Assembly: GCA_044870295.1 (NCBI GenBank)
Contig: JBIOYQ010000142.1
Location: forward strand, 1-57,822
Reading direction: 5' to 3'
Length of the DNA stretch: 57,822 bases
Source: Actinomycetota bacterium
GTDB taxonomy: Bacteria; Actinomycetota; UBA4738
Part shown: piece by piece, positions 57,435 through 57,822 of the stretch
Layout of the letters: every line of letters starts with the position of its first letter
Position numbering within the stretch: the stretch's first letter is position 1
Notes under the pieces: model-generated
The model's database searches: none
Seen by the model: the letters and a program-made list of their open reading frames with translations, nothing else
Told to the model about the DNA's origin: nothing
Program-made: the position numbers and the translations under genes

Positions 57435-57822
57435 CTATCTCTTCGCAGCTTCCTTCAGGACATGTGCCGTCCTGGTTGCCGTCGCTTCCCAGCTGAATTC
57501 TTCCGCCCGCTCGAGTCCACGGTCGACGAGCTGCTTTCGTAGCGCACTATCCGAAAGCACGCGTTCGACCCCGGCGGCGATGGCCTCTGGACCGGCGGGA
57601 TCGACCAAGACGGCCGCGTCGCCCGCCACCTCGGGCAGCGACGAGACGTTGGAGGTGACCACCGGCGTCCCGCACGCCATGGCCTCCAGCACCGGGAGGC
57701 CGAAGCCCTCGTAGAGGGAGGGATAGACGAACGTCTCGGAGCCGGTGAGAAGCCCCACCTTGTTGACGTCGGAGACGTATCCGGTCCGGATCACCCGCTC
57801 CCGCACCCTCGTCGGCAAGCTC
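57435..57822 (-). CDS. GT4/GT1-family glycosyltransferase, C-terminal fragment (gene continues past the window end)
   Basis: VYPSLYEGFGLPVLEAMACGTPVVTSNVSSLPEVAGDAAVLVDP is the retaining GT-B EX7E region. Confidence 0.85.
   Translation of the reverse strand, partial: SLPTRVRERVIRTGYVSDVNKVGLLTGSETFVYPSLYEGFGLPVLEAMACGTPVVTSNVSSLPEVAGDAAVLVDPAGPEAIAAGVERVLSDSALRKQLVDRGLERAEEFSWEATATRTAHVLKEAAKR

Overview
High-GC (about 68-70%) bacterial chromosome segment. Gene content and order point to Actinomycetota: DUF2469, a SepIVA-like protein, a WhiG-type sigma factor, and the smc-ftsY ... ffh-rpsP-rimM-trmD-rplS-lepB-rnhB backbone. About 60 of 65 genes are on the minus strand, tightly packed, and many are translationally coupled. 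The content is mostly core information-processing and cell-envelope housekeeping. In coordinate order: truB-nrnA-rbfA-DUF503-infB-ylxR-nusA-rimP; proS; ispG, an inserted two-component system, rseP-dxr-cdsA-frr-pyrH-tsf-rpsB; whiG-xerC-dprA-comM-yraN-DUF2469-rnhB-lepB-rplS-trmD-rimM-KH-rpsP-ffh; ftsY-smc-acyP; mutM-rnc-rpmF-yceD-sepIVA-like-coaD-rsmD-recG-yloV; rpmB. I found no rRNA, tRNA, CRISPR array, transposase or prophage. Most long plus-strand ORFs in the track are GC-driven shadow ORFs antisense to real genes. Several track ORFs carry spurious Arg/Pro/Gly-rich N-terminal extensions, so I re-placed those starts by homology, Shine-Dalgarno sequences and stop/start overlaps. The strongest non-routine signals are: (1) a DsrE-like gene at the left edge interrupted by an in-frame TGA at a UxxC position, followed by a SECIS-like hairpin and 40 more conserved-looking codons, making it a candidate selenoprotein; (2) FtsY, whose N-terminal membrane anchor is only encoded if translation starts at an ATC codon behind a near-perfect SD; (3) an Fpg/MutM lacking the catalytic N-terminal proline, with a GTG-initiated Met in its place; (4) a frameshifted M14 carboxypeptidase; (5) a terminator hairpin in the rimP-nusA-infB leader; (6) a coupled whiG-type sigma / M23 peptidase / PQQ propeller / membrane protein module; (7) CdsA with a roughly 300-aa acidic N-terminal extension. 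All calls rest on reading the sequence and remembered family motifs. No database search was run.
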